Part shown: positions 48,995 through 62,852 of the stretch, piece after piece
Layout: each line of letters opens with the position of its first letter
How positions within the stretch are numbered: the first letter of the stretch is position 1
NCBI GenBank assembly: GCA_964016885.1
Contig: OZ024741.1
Location: 296,484,001-296,548,000 of the forward strand
Direction of reading: 5' to 3'
Length of the DNA stretch: 64,000 nt
Source of the DNA: Eledone cirrhosa
Lineage: Eukaryota
Notes under the pieces: model-generated
What the model saw: only the letters and a program-made list of their open reading frames with translations
What the model was told of the DNA's origin: nothing
The model's database searches: none
Made by a program: the position numbers and the translations under genes

Positions 48995-49627
48995 TAAAGA
49001 AAAAGGGATGAAATCGAAAATGCAACTGAAGTCTTATTTTTTTAAAAAATATATATATTTATTTGGTTCCTTTACCGGTTTCGCAGTTCTTCTGCTTTTC
49101 AAAAGGTGAGTTGAGATGGAGGGTCTGTGGTTTTTCTCACATCTGGTTGGTCTCTAAATGTTACTTGTTTTATATGGAAAAAGTGGCTCGAAAACCAGGT
49201 TTTTCAAGAAGTAATTTGATTGGTTTGTCAATAATTATAATAAATTTCGCGCCAGTTCGCGTTACAATAGTTCTTCAAATAAGAGAGAGGGGGGGGGGGG
49301 GGGTTGTCACAGGTTGTTTTTTCATATATGAGTGTTTGAATTTCTTTTTACTTGAAAAAATGAGGCTCACGAAGGCTTTTTTTTGGTTGGTTATAAATGA
49401 AATTTGGCTGTCACGTGAACAAGTTTTCATTACATTTTTGCGCCCTTATTTGGAAAACTATTCTGTAGTCTTTATAGTGAATGTTATGACAATGGAGAGA
49501 TAGTGGTCAAGGGAAAAGGGATTGGGAGAAATGTTCTGGTTCAGTGAATATGGCCAGCTGTCAGAGTTCAGGTGTCAGAGTTCAGATTTTCTATTGAGAC
49601 TGAAGATATGTGTGTTATTTGTGTGCT

Positions 49628-49660
<33 letters not shown>

Positions 49661-49918
49661 ATGTGTGTATTGGAAGATGATTCTATTAGTAGAGATGGGG
49701 GAGGGAGTTGTGTGTGTGTGTATATGGGTGTTATGTGTGTGTGTGCGAGTATGTTAGATAGAGAGAATATATATTTTGTGTGTGTGTATATATATATGTG
49801 TGTAGGAAAGTGGTTCTATTAGTAGAAATGGGGAGGGTGTTGTAGGTGTGGGGGTTGTTATGTGTGTGTATGGGTGTTATGTGTGTGGGAGTATGGTTAG
49901 CATGTTAAGATGAAGAGA

Positions 49919-49949
<31 letters not shown>

Positions 49950-50688
49950 GTGTGTGTGTATGTGTGTGTGTAGGAAAATGACTCCTTTAGTAGGAATATT
50001 TTTGAATGAACATATTTTCCTGACTTTTTCGTGTTTGCTGTTGTATTGCCAGTGCAAACGTATGTTTAAGGTTTATTTAGTTCGGGTTTTTATTTTCTAA
50101 AGTAGAAGGTGTTATGTGTGTGTGTGTATGTCATATTGTGGTGTTGACATAATGTATATTAAACCTTATTTAATGTTGGTCTATATTTTTGAATAAACAT
50201 ATTTTCTTTATTTATTCGCATTTGTTCTGTTGTATTGTTAGCGCAAAGGTAAAATGGGAAGACTTGGAATTTGGGTGTCTTATTACTTGCGCAAATATCT
50301 AGATGTGCACTTAGTGGTATCTGTCTCGTGGTTGGATCTCGTAATTGTTGGCGATGAACTGTCATTCTGTTTCTGAGTGTGAGTTTAGTTTGTCCTATAT
50401 AATCTTCATTGCATCCTTTACATTTAATGGCATAAATTATTATAATTATTGACAAACCAATCAAATTACTTCTCGAAAAACCTGGTTTTCGAGCCACTTT
50501 TTCCATATAAAACAAGTAACATTTAGAGACCAACCAGATGTGAGAAAAACCACAGACCCTCCATCTCAACTCACCTTTTGAAAAGCAGAAGAACTGCGAA
50601 ACCGGTAAAGGAACCAAATAAATATATATATTTTTTAAAAAAATAAGACTTCAGTTGCATTTTCGATTTCATCCCTTTTTCTTTATAT
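48995..50688 (-). mobile_element. Penelope-like element: GIY-YIG C-terminus, pLTR and inverted 5' pLTR copy
   Basis: 50159-50437 IYAIKCKGCNEDYIGQT...R..VHRQQ...R..KE..FIQKYRPTLN; 48995-49241 is the reverse complement of 50437-50688; U3-A8 hammerhead at 49069-49106(-) and 50574-50611(+). Confidence 0.88.
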
Positions 50689-50715
50689 ATACATATATAT
50701 ATATATATACATATA

Positions 50716-50753
<38 letters not shown>

Positions 50754-50805
50754 CATATATATATATATATATATGTATGTATATATATATATATATATAT
50801 GTATG

Positions 50806-50839
<34 letters not shown>

Positions 50840-50843
50840 TATG

Positions 50844-50886
<43 letters not shown>

Positions 50887-51110
50887 ATATATATATCGCT
50901 CCTCAAAATCGCTATTACCCCCAGTTTCTCTAACATATACGTCCCTCTCTCTCTCTCACTCGCTAATATAAATAAGAATGTTACGAAGGACAAAACTCAG
51001 AATTTGTCAACTCTTATTAAATGGTCAGTCGACTTCTACGAAAATATAATATAACATTTTCTTCTCGTCTCCTAAACCTTCGGTTCATTCATCCATATAT
51101 CTACAATCGT

Positions 51111-51238
51111 TGCTATCCTATAATTCTGTCTCACTGTTCTAAATAATCTCCTCTTTGCTATCCTATAATTCTGTCCCACTGTTCTAAATAATCTCCTCTT
51201 TGCTATCCTATAATTCTGTCCCACTGTTCTAAATAATC
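51111..51238. repeat. 45-bp tandem repeat, nearly 3 copies, in the probable RTE 5' UTR
   Basis: Unit TGCTATCCTATAATTCTGTCCCACTGTTCTAAATAATCTCCTCTT. Confidence 0.9.
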
Positions 51239-51428
51239 ATCTCCACGCTTGTTCTAAATAATCTTCTCTTTGCTAACTACCCCATACCCCTCCCTCCCGC
51301 CCCCACTCTCCACCTTTACTATTTGGACCAATCACAAGTCAACGGCCTATGCTATCACTTCTGGCTGCTTTTCGATATGATGGATGGACTAAGGAATTTC
51401 TGGAGAGTCTGAAGAATCTGGACACTCG

Positions 51429-53875
51429 ATGACAATGCCAAAGATAACGACAAATTCACCTCATGCTGCCGGACGAAAGGGCAAGGCCCCCTCCTCTTTG
51501 TTTCGGCTGCGGATGGCCAACATAACCCCAACCCCATCCCCCTCACCCCTCCCTGCGCCCCATCCTCCAAACACAATCCAAAACTTCAGAGTTGGTACCA
51601 TGAACGTAGGCACCTTAAAAGGCCGCTCTAACAAGGTTGTAGAAATGCTTGAACGTAAGGAGGTTGATGTTTGCTGTATCCAAGAGACCAGGTGGAGGGG
51701 CGGGTCTGCTAGATTCATTGTGGGTAAAAAACGTTGCTATAAGCTTTTCTGGGTGGGAAATGACAATGGGATAGGTGGGGTAGGAATCATGTTAGCAGAA
51801 AAATCGGTGGATAAGATAATAGATGTAAATAGAGTGAATGACAGAATAATTAAAATAAGACTTGTTCTAAACAGAACTACTGTGACAGTAATATCTGCAT
51901 ACGCGCCCCAATCCGGACTGCCTGGCACCATAAAAGACAGATTCTATGAGACACTGATGCTCACTACCTCCCAAATAACCGACAGTGACTATATAATTAT
52001 TGCTGGCGACCTAAATGGCCACGTTGGACAACATTGTGACGGCTATGACGGAATCCACGGAGGCTATGGGTTTGGTACTAGAAACGAGGAAGGCTCCAGA
52101 ATACTGGAATTCTGTGATGCAAATAACCTAACTATCTGTAACACTAACTTCAAAAAACGAGACAATCACTTGATCACCTACATATCAGGGGAACATACCA
52201 GCCAGGTAGATTATATCCTTACCAGAAGATGTGACAGAGTGTCTGTTGTAAACACTAAATCCCTCTCCCATGAAGAATGCACCTCCCAACATAGACTGAT
52301 AATTAGCGACCTCATAGTCAGGACGAGACGTACTAGACAGCAGAAGAGGACTATCCTCAGGAGAAAAATATGGAAGCTAAAGGATCCCACAGCCAGAAAT
52401 AAATTTAAAAGCATATTACTTGATGCTTTCGACAGTAAGGAAGAGAAATTAGAGTCGTACAATATAGAGGAACAGTGGGAATTCCTGAAAGCAAACCTGC
52501 TGATGGCGGCAGACGAAGTCTGTGGCTGGAGCAGGCCTGTAGGCAGGAGGAGAGTAACATGGTGGTGGAACAGTAAGGTGGAGGGGTCAATCAAGGCCAA
52601 AAAGCAGGCTTGGAAAGCATGGCGGGATGGGGGAAGTAGAGAAGACTATCAAGTGGCCAGGAGGGAAGCTAGGAGACAAGTGTATTTCGCAAGAAGGGAA
52701 GCAGAGGAAAGAAAGTTTAAGCATGTTCTACAATGCGAGGACCAAAAACGTGAGGTGTTCAGGATTGCTAGGCAATGTGTCAAGGAAAACCGTGATATTG
52801 TCGGGGAGACGTGTGTACTTAATGATGATGGCGTACTTGCCATCACTGACGCTGATAAGAAGGTAGCTTGGAAGTGTCACTACGAAAGGCTACTAAATGA
52901 GGAGAATAAATGGGAGAAAGACAGTCTCCCCCACATCGACCCAATAGAGGGACCAGCAGTGTTAGTCGAAGGTAGTATAATGAGTAAGGCAATCAAAGAT
53001 ATGAAGACGGGTAAGGCGGCTGGGCCTTCGGAAATAGTTGCTGAGATGCTGAAAGCCTCTGGAACGGTGGGACACACCATGGTCACCCGGATAGTAAACC
53101 AAGTTATACAGAATGGGGTTGTTCCGAAGGACTGGCGTAGCAGCATCATCGTTAACTGTTCAAGGGTAAAGGAGACACCCTAGATAGGAGTAACTATAGA
53201 GGCATTAAATTAATCGACCAGGTCATGAAGGTCACGGAAAAAGTAATAGCGCAACTAATCAGAGAGAGAATTGATCTAGATGAAATGCAGTTTGGGTTTG
53301 TGTCAGGTAAAAGTACAACAGACGCTTTTTTCATTGTACGACAACTACAGGAGAAGTACCTAGCTAAAAGTAAACCCCTATAGTTAGCTTTCGTCGACTT
53401 GGAGAAAGCCTTCGACAGAGTCCCCCGTTCCATTATCTGGTGGGCTCTTAGAAAACTAGGTGTTGATGAATGGCTTGTGAGAGCTATACAAGCCATGTAT
53501 AAAGAAACAGTCAGCAAGGTTAGAATTAACAACGAATATAGTGAAGAGTTTAGCGTAAAAGTTGGTGTTCATCAGGGCGCTGTTCTTAGCCCCCTACTAT
53601 TTATTATTGCCCTTCAGGCTATAACAGTGGAGTTCAAGACCGGCTGACCATGCGAACTCCTATATGCAGATGATCTAACGCTCATAGTTGAATCAATGGC
53701 TGAACTAGAGAAGAAATTCCAAACATGGAAGCACGGCCTAGAATCAAAAGGCCTTAAAATTAACCTGGCTAAGACTAAAGTTCTAGTTTGTAGGAAGGAA
53801 AATAGGGCACCGGTCCCATCTGGGAAATGGCCATGCTCAGTGTGTAGGAAAGGCGTAGGTAGAAACTCCATTTTA
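51429..53875 (+). mobile_element. RTE-A LINE retaining the 5' APE domain, broken RT, 3' end missing
   Basis: 584-aa ORF: GTMNVGTL, CIQETRW, GVGI, SAYAP, GDLNGHVG, G.GTRNEEG, VDYIL; frameshift near 53160 and later stops. Confidence 0.95.
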
Positions 53876-53900
53876 TAATTCGATACTACAGGTCATTCTT

Positions 53901-54170
53901 AAATTGAGGAATTTATGTGGGGTGGTACTACTGAAAATTATGGTTAGAGTAGAATGCTAGAAAATTTACATATAAAAAGACTTATGTTGGTTGACTTGCA
54001 CATACATTCACACCCACAGACACACACACATCCACACATACAAATTGAGGAATTTATGTGGGGTGGTAATACTGAAAATTATGGTTAGATTCAAATACTT
54101 AGAAAGTTTAGAAATTTTAGAAATAAAAAGACTTATGTTGGTTGACTTGTACATACACTCACACCTACCC
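53901..54170. repeat. Diverged tandem dimer, about 141-bp period
   Basis: AAATTGAGGAATTTATGTGGGGTGGTA...GACTTATGTTGGTTGACTTG occurs twice. Confidence 0.85.
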
Positions 54171-54233
54171 CTCAGACACATACACACATCTACACACACA
54201 AATCCATACAGGTGTGTGTATATATATATATAT

Positions 54234-55565
54234 GTTCTTAGCCCCCTCCTGTTCATCATAGTCCTGCAGGCAATAACGGAGGAGTTTAAGACCGGATGCC
54301 CATGGGAACTCCTGTATGTTGATGACCTCGCACTCATAGCTGAATCTATGGTAGAACTAGAAAATAAATTCCAAACTTGGAAGCAGGGACTAGAAAGAAA
54401 GGGTCTCAAAGTCAACATGACAAAGACTAAGGTCCTTGTAAGTAGACGAGAAAACAGAACCCAGATCCCCTCAGGGAAATTGCCCTGCTCAGTATGTAGG
54501 AAAGGTGTAGGTAGGAACTCCATTCTCTGCCCCAAATGCAAACAATGGGTACACAAGAGATGTAGCGGGATCTCAGGAAGCTTAATTAAGAATGTAGGCT
54601 TCACATGCAGCAGCTGTGCTGAGACAGCAAGCAGCAAACAGCCACAGGAAACAAGTACCACCAATCTCTTGGAGGGCTCTGTAGAAACAGTAGACAGCTT
54701 CTGCTACCTAGGTGACCGAATTAGCAGCGGAGGTGGGTGTTCAGAAAGTACAATAACTAGGGTAAGAACGGGATGGAAGAAGTTTAGGGAACTACTACCA
54801 CTGCTAGCTGCAAAAGCTTCTCCCTCAGAATGAAAGGCAGACTGTATGATGTGTGTATCCAAACAGCAATGTTGCATGGTAGTGAGACCTGGGCGCTGAA
54901 GGTGGAAGACTTACGTAGATTAGAGAGAAACGAAGCCTGCATGCTCCGATGGATGTGTAACAGTAATATACGTGAACGACAAAGCATAAATGAATTGAGA
55001 GAGAGACTGAACATAAGAGGAATCAAATGCTGTGTGCAGGAGAGGCGGTTGCGTATGAAGGATGACAGCTGCATAAAAAGGTGCAGAGCACTAGAAGTTG
55101 ATGGAAACCGCGGAGTGGGGAGACCCAAGATGACCTGGGATGAGGTGATAAAAGCCGACCTTACCCAATTACACCTCTCAAAGGCAATGACACACGACCG
55201 TGACTTCTGGCGTCACGCAGTAATACAGAGTACCCGACCTCCCATGGGTACAAGCTGAAGCATATAGACAATATGCCCCCCCCCCCCCCCCCACCGCAAG
55301 GTGGTTGTGGAGGTGCCACGGCAAAAAAAGCACCCAGCCCACACTGTAAAGTGGACGTGTAGGCGCCACGAAAAAGCACCCAGCACTCACTGTAAATGAG
55401 CTTGGTGTTAGGAAGGGCATCCAGCTGTAGAAATCAAGCCAAATCAGTTCCTGTATGAGCAAGGCATGGTCAGCCGACCAGACACTGCCCACAACAGGAC
55501 AACCCCTCTAACCCATGCTAGCGTGGAGAACGGACATAAAACGGTGATGATGATGATGATGATGA
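54234..55565 (+). mobile_element. RTE subfamily B 3' fragment with UTR and (GAT)n tail
   Basis: VLSPLLF..LYVDDL..FCYLG..GRPKMTW; distinct nucleotide sequence and UTR. Confidence 0.92.
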
Positions 55566-56199
55566 TATGTACACATAAGTGCATATATATATACAACAGA
55601 GGCCCCCAAATCCAGGTATAAGGCAGATATAAAACTAGGTGGGTGTTATTTTTAAAGAAAAGTAAAGTGGGTGTTTGGAAAAGTTATTGTTTAGACTAGA
55701 CAAAAGTAGAGTGTGATATATATCTTCACAGCAATAGCTTGGGGGCTTTTGAGCTTAGGCGAATTCCTTAGTACAGACATATATACCCACTCACACTTTT
55801 ATACCTCTGGATGCGCGTGTATGTCTATATACACATGTGCACTCATACAAGAGAGCATATACAAATATACTCTTAAGAATACACTCACACATTTTTCAAA
55901 TGCAACCTGGGGTATTAGTATTTCGTTGCGTTCACATGAGTGTGTACATTCACGTAATCCTAGTATACACACACAATGCACGGTTGCGGGCACTCATTCA
56001 TGCATATAGGGTTAGTACCTTGGGATAATTGTTCTTCCTGTGTGACCCACTCCCGGGGGGGGGGGGGTTCCTCAGGTTCAATAAACGTGGTTTTGTTGAC
56101 TCCTAACCAGTAGAGGATCCGGTGGACAATCCACCGTAGGGACTACAAACTATGGGTGGTTGGTGTTGTTCATTGGTCATTGGTACGGGGTGTAGGGGA

Positions 56200-56935
56200 C
56201 CTATGGGGGGGGGGAGCCATAACCGGGGTTTATCCATATAGCTTGAGAAAAGTTCCCGTCCTTAGGTGTCTGCAGGCGCCAAATAAGTCGGCCCTTCTGT
56301 TTAATAGCTTGGTTCTGCCATGAAGTATCTCGAGTGTCTCACTAAGACAGAGGTTGCAAATACCTGACCCGCCTCTGTCTGGGGGAACCTTTCTAACCAC
56401 GGATCAGACCAGAGAGTGTGAGGTCTTTTCAAGTTTGAGCTTCCAGATCAATTCAGAAAGGGCCGTACATTTCCTCTTTTCGATTCTGTTAAAGGAATGG
56501 CGATGGTTATACCACCTATTTTTGAAGCTCATCGCCGTGGATCCTATGTAGTGGTGCTCCGAGTTAGGGGTTGTGACCTTGCACCTGTAGACTACGTTTT
56601 TTGTCATGCATTCAGTACTAAGGGGGCATAGTGATGGGTCTCTGCAATTGCATGACTTCTTAAGCCCTAGCACATGTACCGCGTAGTTACCATCACTCGG
56701 GGTTGGCTGAGTAGCCGCCACAATCAGCACAGGGTCATTGGGTTCCGGTGTGCTAGTTGGACCTGTCCAGGGTCTGGTGAGTCCCGCGTGCTGGTTCCGT
56801 TGGGTGGCTCCAGGGTTACGGTTTACGGTGGTATTAAAGGTAGTGAGCCTATTCCTATTTATGCCGGCTACGTGCTGGGCTACGGAGCGTGTTGTTGAGT
56901 AGGAAAGTTTCACTGTGTGCCTGTTGAATATTTTA
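56200..56935 (-). mobile_element. Penelope-like GIY-YIG fragment with a Cys-rich linker, third family
   Basis: CNCRDPSLCPLSTECMTKNVVYRCKV...YIGST...FKNRWYNHRHSF...TALS..IW.LK, then CNLCLSE past a stop. Confidence 0.88.
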
Positions 56936-57861
56936 TATATATATATATGCACACATACCAACACACATATACATTCTTATACTTGGGAGGGTCATGCTGC
57001 CAATAAAAGCACATGCCCCTGTTGGTTTTACTTCAATTTATTATAAACTTCCAGTTGGTTACTTTAGTAACCGGAAGTTTGTTTATTTGTTTATTGTCAA
57101 AGCTCTTTTGTCACATATTCTGTGACCTCCTCAGTAATTAATTTATTATTTTGTGTCTCTCCTTTGTTCTGTTCTATACCATCTTGTTTTTGTGAGCTGT
57201 GGTTAATGATAAGAAGGGCATCCAGCCACAGAAAGTATGCCAAAATCAGAATGTAAGTGAGGTATGTGCCCCTGGCCTACTGGTGAGAGGACAGTAACTT
57301 CAGTCAAGTATTAACTTGGTCCATGACAACCTGTCCAACCCATGCCAAATGGAAAAGAAAACAGCGATTACATGATGATGACGAGGATGATGATAATGAT
57401 GATTATAATGCTTGTGTATATGTGTTCACTGCCAGTGTGTGTAAATATTACTTCAACACACCATAATAAAGTCCTCAAGGCTATATGACCAACACTGTGT
57501 ATTGGACATTATGTTGACAGCTGAGCTATGTATTATGTGGCAGATGGTGAAATAAAGGGTTAAATGTTAGAAAGGTTAGGGACAGCAGATTCCATGACCC
57601 CTGCTAGTGACAGATTGATGAGAGCCCCCCCCCCCCCCCCCCCCCCCCACTGATGTAGTTGCTGGACTCGCTAGAAATAGCAGCCAATTCTCATTTAACT
57701 TATACTCTATTGTCCTTAGAAAAGGGAATGCTGAGTTCTTTGCATATAGGAAAAAGATAGGTTTATCAAGATGAGAGTGGCTTTGACCACAGGTCTGAAC
57801 TGACCTGAGGTTAAACAACACCAGCTACAAAAACAACAACTACAATGAAGCGTAATATTAC

Positions 57862-58070
57862 CTGTGCCTTTTAAACTTTCAGCAATAACAAACAGCAGCT
57901 TTCCACTATCTTCATCATCATCACCATCATCATTATAAGCATCCCCATTACCATGAGATGTTGTAGTGTAAGAGATGCCTGTCTCCGCACACATCCAGTA
58001 CTCAAAGGCCTTCAGACGAAGGGCCATGTTGGGTAGACTTATCACAAAACCTTCTTCTTCATCTTCAGCA
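57862..58070 (-). CDS. HPDL: HPDL internal exon (209 bp); earlier exons not found in the window
   Basis: TTACAG|T ... ACAG|GTAATA; AEDEEEGFVI...LRLKAFEYWMCAETG...LFVIAESLKGT; phase 1 joins exon 32229-32380 to give AESLKGTEPNQV. Confidence 0.85.
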
Positions 58071-59409
58071 CTGTAATGATAAATAAAACAGCTCCTTACA
58101 TTAACCCTTTCGATACCAAATCCTAGAAACCAATGGGTGTCCCCTAATCGGATCTGCATAACACATGCCAGAGTAACCCATCATGTCCATCGATGGAAAA
58201 TGAAAGACAGCCCAGCATGTGACTGAGGGGACCCTGACCAGACAGTGCTGTATGTTGTTCAGGATTGCCCCCTCAGATGTTTTCTCGGCAGCCCAGAGGC
58301 AATCCTTAATACTACAAATGACGCCATAGTCTGGCTCAACAATCTTGATCTGAATCTATAACCATTGTGCATATGTCATACGACAAGAAGAATATGAAAT
58401 GGCATGAAATCACCCTTGGTTCTCTGATATAAAGCTATATTTTATGCTTATATTTCTATAAAATCTTCTCATCATAATTTTATATAAGAACCTTTGTTAA
58501 GTTACATTCCAAACACCAGCTTAATAATGATAAAGTTTGTTATATTACTAAATTCCTTCAAATTCTTGACTAATTTCAAAATTATTTGAAAAGCACATAT
58601 AGTATCTTTTATTAGAAATAAGGTAACAAGATAGTTATGGGCTCTTGGTGGGTGGGGTGTAGGGCTGGTCACACATTTACAGGGGTCGAGGGAAAAGAAA
58701 AGGTGCTATTAACAGACATCACCAGTCTGGGAAAATTCATTTAAATAAGAGCGGTCCTAGTAATTAGGGTGTTGATGTCATGGTAGTATTGTCATAGGTA
58801 AGGTTTCTGGACCTAGCAGCTCATGTTCTTGAATAAAACACTTCATTTCATATTGCTCTAGACCAGTGTTTTTCAACCAGTTTCACAGAACCCTCAGATT
58901 CTGCGAGAAACAGTGATAAATAAGCTAATGCATTTTTTAGTAATTTTTGTTTAATTTTATATTCGTAATTTTATTATAAACGTATGGAATATTGTTGGGA
59001 AATCCTTGGCTATTATAATAAAGGCTTCAAACTACAATAAAAATATAAAAGAAATAGGCATTAACATTTGGTATATAATAATTTTTATGCAGGGGTTCTC
59101 TGAAACATGAAAATTATTTCACGGGTTCCACAAGAGTAAAAAGGTTGAGAAACGCTTGCAGCTTAGGGAATGGGGAGTTAACCCCGTGATAGCTTGGCAC
59201 CCTGTATTGTGTTTTCTTAGTTATTTAACATCAATAAAACCAGGTTAAGCTGCGGCCTAATGAAACATGTTTTACCTTTTTTTTTCTTTCGTTTTTCTTT
59301 TTATTTATTTATTTATTTCCTTTGAAAAGGTTAGGAACCACTGCCGTCATGGCGAAGTATTTAGACAGAGTTATTCCCCTTGATGTGTGGAAAAGTCTAC
59401 ACTGATTAG

Positions 59410-59760
59410 AATAATTGTTTCTACGTGTGGCATAAGGCCAGTAATTTGAAGGTAAAGGGAAAGTCGATTAAATCAACCCCCTAAGGATGAAAAGCAAAGC
59501 TAACCTCGGCGGGATTTGAATTCAGAACGTAAAGGGCTGTAACTCATGTTGTCCGACGCTCTATCGATACTGCAAAAAAGCTGGATTATCTCCTATATTT
59601 GGTAGCGAATTAGCAAAGTCGTTAGAACATCGGATAGAATGCTTTGCGGTATTCGTCCCGACTCCCTGCCCTCTGAGTTCAAATCTTACCTAGGTCAACT
59701 TTGCCTTTCGTCCATCCGAGGTTGATAAAAAAAAAAGTACCAGTCTAGTACTGGGGTTGA
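59410..59760. mobile_element. Two diverged Meta-type SINEs, head to head
   Basis: Minus copy 59410-59575 and plus copy 59600-59760 with B-box and central domain. Confidence 0.75.
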
Positions 59761-60379
59761 TTCTTCCTCTATATCTCTTTCTCACTCTCTCTCTCTGACT
59801 CACTCTCACCCTCTGAAAGAACTCTGTTGTATTCAAACCAGGAGGGAAGATGGACTCTGCCAAGTTTAGAATACCCTAGAAACGTCGTCTGTCAATACAG
59901 CTCCCTACGACTCCCCGGAGTTTCGGATTAAGAAGATCTACTATATTTGGTCTGACATTCTTCTAGTTTCTACTGTGAATTAGCATGGTTAAAATACTCA
60001 CCCCACGATCGAATAGTCGTGAGTTTCATTCCCGGCGGCGAGTTGTGTCCTTGGGCTAGATACTTTATTTCGTGTTATTCCAGTTCACTTAGATGGATAA
60101 AATGTTGTACCTGTGATTTGTACCAGCCTTGTCACACACTGTCTCACTGAAAATTACGATAAAGATACATGTGTCTATGGAATGCTCAGCCACTTGTACA
60201 TTAATTTCACGAGCAGACTGTTTTGTTGACTTATTAACTGGCATTGTATGACAAGTCTGGCCATTGACCTCATTTTTGCCAGCGTAATGGACTGGAACAG
60301 CGATTGTGAGCCAAACACCCAACCATGAAACTATGCAACTTTACTAGTTGAAGGGAGTAATTGTTACAATGACATAATT

Positions 60380-61229
60380 AAAGCAAGATCGGCGGTCAAC
60401 GAATCGCAACGGGTTCTCTTAGCAATCCTGGACATTACGGGGGCAAGCAGAAGAGCCATGAAAAACAAACCCCACAGTGGTGCCTGGATCCATGCCCTGC
60501 CCTCCTTCTCCACTGGCAAGCAGCTAGACAACCATAGCCTGCGAATCGGCGTTTCCCTGAGGCTCGGCCTCCGGACGTGCCAGTCACACCAATGTCGCTG
60601 CGGTTCCACCGTGGACTCTTTCGGCCTCCACCCGCTTTCCTGTCGCCACAGTGCCGGCCGCATTCCACGCCATGCTGCCCTCAACGAGGTCATTAAACAT
60701 GGCTTGGACGCTGCAGGCTTCCCTTCCCAGCTCGAGCCGGTGGGCTGGATCGAGGGGACGGCATAAGGCCAGATGGCATGACCATCTTCCCGTTCCGCGG
60801 TGGAAAACCCCTCGTCTGGGATGCCACTTGCACCGACACTTTCTGCAGCCGCAACCTGGTGCAGTCTGTGACTTACCCAGGTTCTGCTGCACGTCGGGCT
60901 GAGGGGGCCAAACTCCTCAAATACCGGTCGCTCTCCGACAGGTTTGCGGTCGTTTCGCTGGCAGTGGAGACTTCTGGTGTCCTCGGCCCCAGGGCTACCT
61001 CCTTACTCACCACCATAGGCGCTGAGCTGGCGAGCCGCAGGTGTGAGCCCCGCGAGTTGGAGTGGCTTTTCCAGCGCGTCTCCCTTGCCGTCCTCCGGGG
61101 AAACGCCTTCTCCATTCTGTCCGCCGGGGCTGTGGGTGGGCCCCATCGCGTACCAATACATCAGTTAAATACCATTCTGTCATCTGATACAACACAATAA
61201 AGACTAAAGTGTTTAAAAAAGAAAAAAAA
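60380..61229 (+). mobile_element. CRE-clade non-LTR retrotransposon 3' fragment (zinc knuckle + restriction-like endonuclease), frameshifted
   Basis: [40 protein letters not shown]...GKPLVWDATCTDT..KY..AVETSG..QRVSLAV.RGNA; AATAAA and an A-rich tail. Confidence 0.82.
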
Positions 61230-61975
61230 TTATATCCACTACATATGATAGTGCTCAGCCTTTTGATATTTCATAGCAGTACAGATGCCATCTAGATAGC
61301 TATAGCTGAAGAGGTAGGGGTTAGTCGTATGTATACCACTTGGACACCTCAGTTGGGTCACCTGGATGAGGGGTGCATGTTGTTGGAAAAGAAACACCCA
61401 CAATAATGAGGATAGATAGAGGCAAATATGAAAGCATTTACAATATATTTATATGATAAATACACACAAGTTTCGCTGTTAAACACTGATATGTTTTACA
61501 TCCGTGAAAGTGTGAAGAAGATACAGAGTTCGGTCCCTTAGTCAATCAAGCCAGAAAGGCAATGTAAGTGAGAGGCGTTGACGGAGTAGACCAATCAAAA
61601 ACAATAATTATAAACTTCACAATAACTAAGAATCATGAGAAAACGTAGGGTTAAATCATATTTTAGGATGCAAAGAAAAATGACAATAATTCACTGGAGT
61701 TACTGGGATTAATTGATTAACTAATTAATTACAGTAACTCCAGTAAATTATTGTGATTTATATGAAAAATGTAAGCAGAAATAACAAAGCATACGATAGA
61801 GTTCATTATATATATAAAATTGGCTTTCGCTCTCACTCACGAATGCATATATACAGGGTGCGTAAGGTAGTTGAGGACAAACTTTTTTTTGTTTTTTTGT
61901 TATTGCTGCATTTTACTAAACTTTATATCATCTTTTTTTTCATGAAAACAATAATTGTTTCTACTTTTGGCACAA

Positions 61976-62394
61976 CTACCCTGACTTTACTGAGAGTACC
62001 TCTGTACAAAGTTTGCACTGTCCTCACAAGCCATTCCTCAACACCTAGCTTCCTTAGGGACCACCAGATGACAGATCGGGGTACCCTATCAAAGGCCTTC
62101 TCTAGGTCAACAAAGACTAAGTATAGTGGCTTATTCTTCTCTAGGAACCTCTCTTGCAATTGTCTCACCAAGAAGAGGGCATCTGTTGTACTCTTCCCAG
62201 GCACAAAACCAAACTGCATCTCATCTAGTTTGACCCTTTCTCTAATTAGTTGTGCTAAAATCCTTTCTGCCACTTTCATAACCTGATCTATCAGTTTTAT
62301 ACCCCTATAATTGCTCCTCTCCAAAGCATCCTCTTTACCCTTGTAGCAATTTATGAGAATACTGCTGCACCAGTCCTTGGGTATGACACCACCA
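61976..62394 (-). mobile_element. RTE-C RT fragment
   Basis: Matches about 39214-39632. Confidence 0.92.
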
Positions 62395-62431
62395 ACAATA
62401 TATACATATATATATACATATATATATATAC

Positions 62432-62482
<51 letters not shown>

Positions 62483-62489
62483 TATATAC

Positions 62490-62607
<118 letters not shown>

Positions 62608-62852
62608 ATAATAATAAAATTGAAGACTAAAATCCAAAGAGGGCTCGATAAGGAAAATATATATCAAATATATAAGAACCGTAGAGCAAATATTTATTAA
62701 AATAACAGATTAAAGTTTAAGCAAAGAATCGCTGCTTTCACCCTTAACGGGATCTTCTGAAACTAACAAAGTCAATCTGTAAACGCAGAACTGGATATTT
62801 CAAAAAACGTTGCAACCGGAGGAAGACAGGAAGACGATACTTTGGTTCGTGG

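Noticed and set aside
61683-61754. 23-bp-arm hairpin
   Set aside because: Real inverted repeat, but there is no ribozyme core or other context to assign a function.
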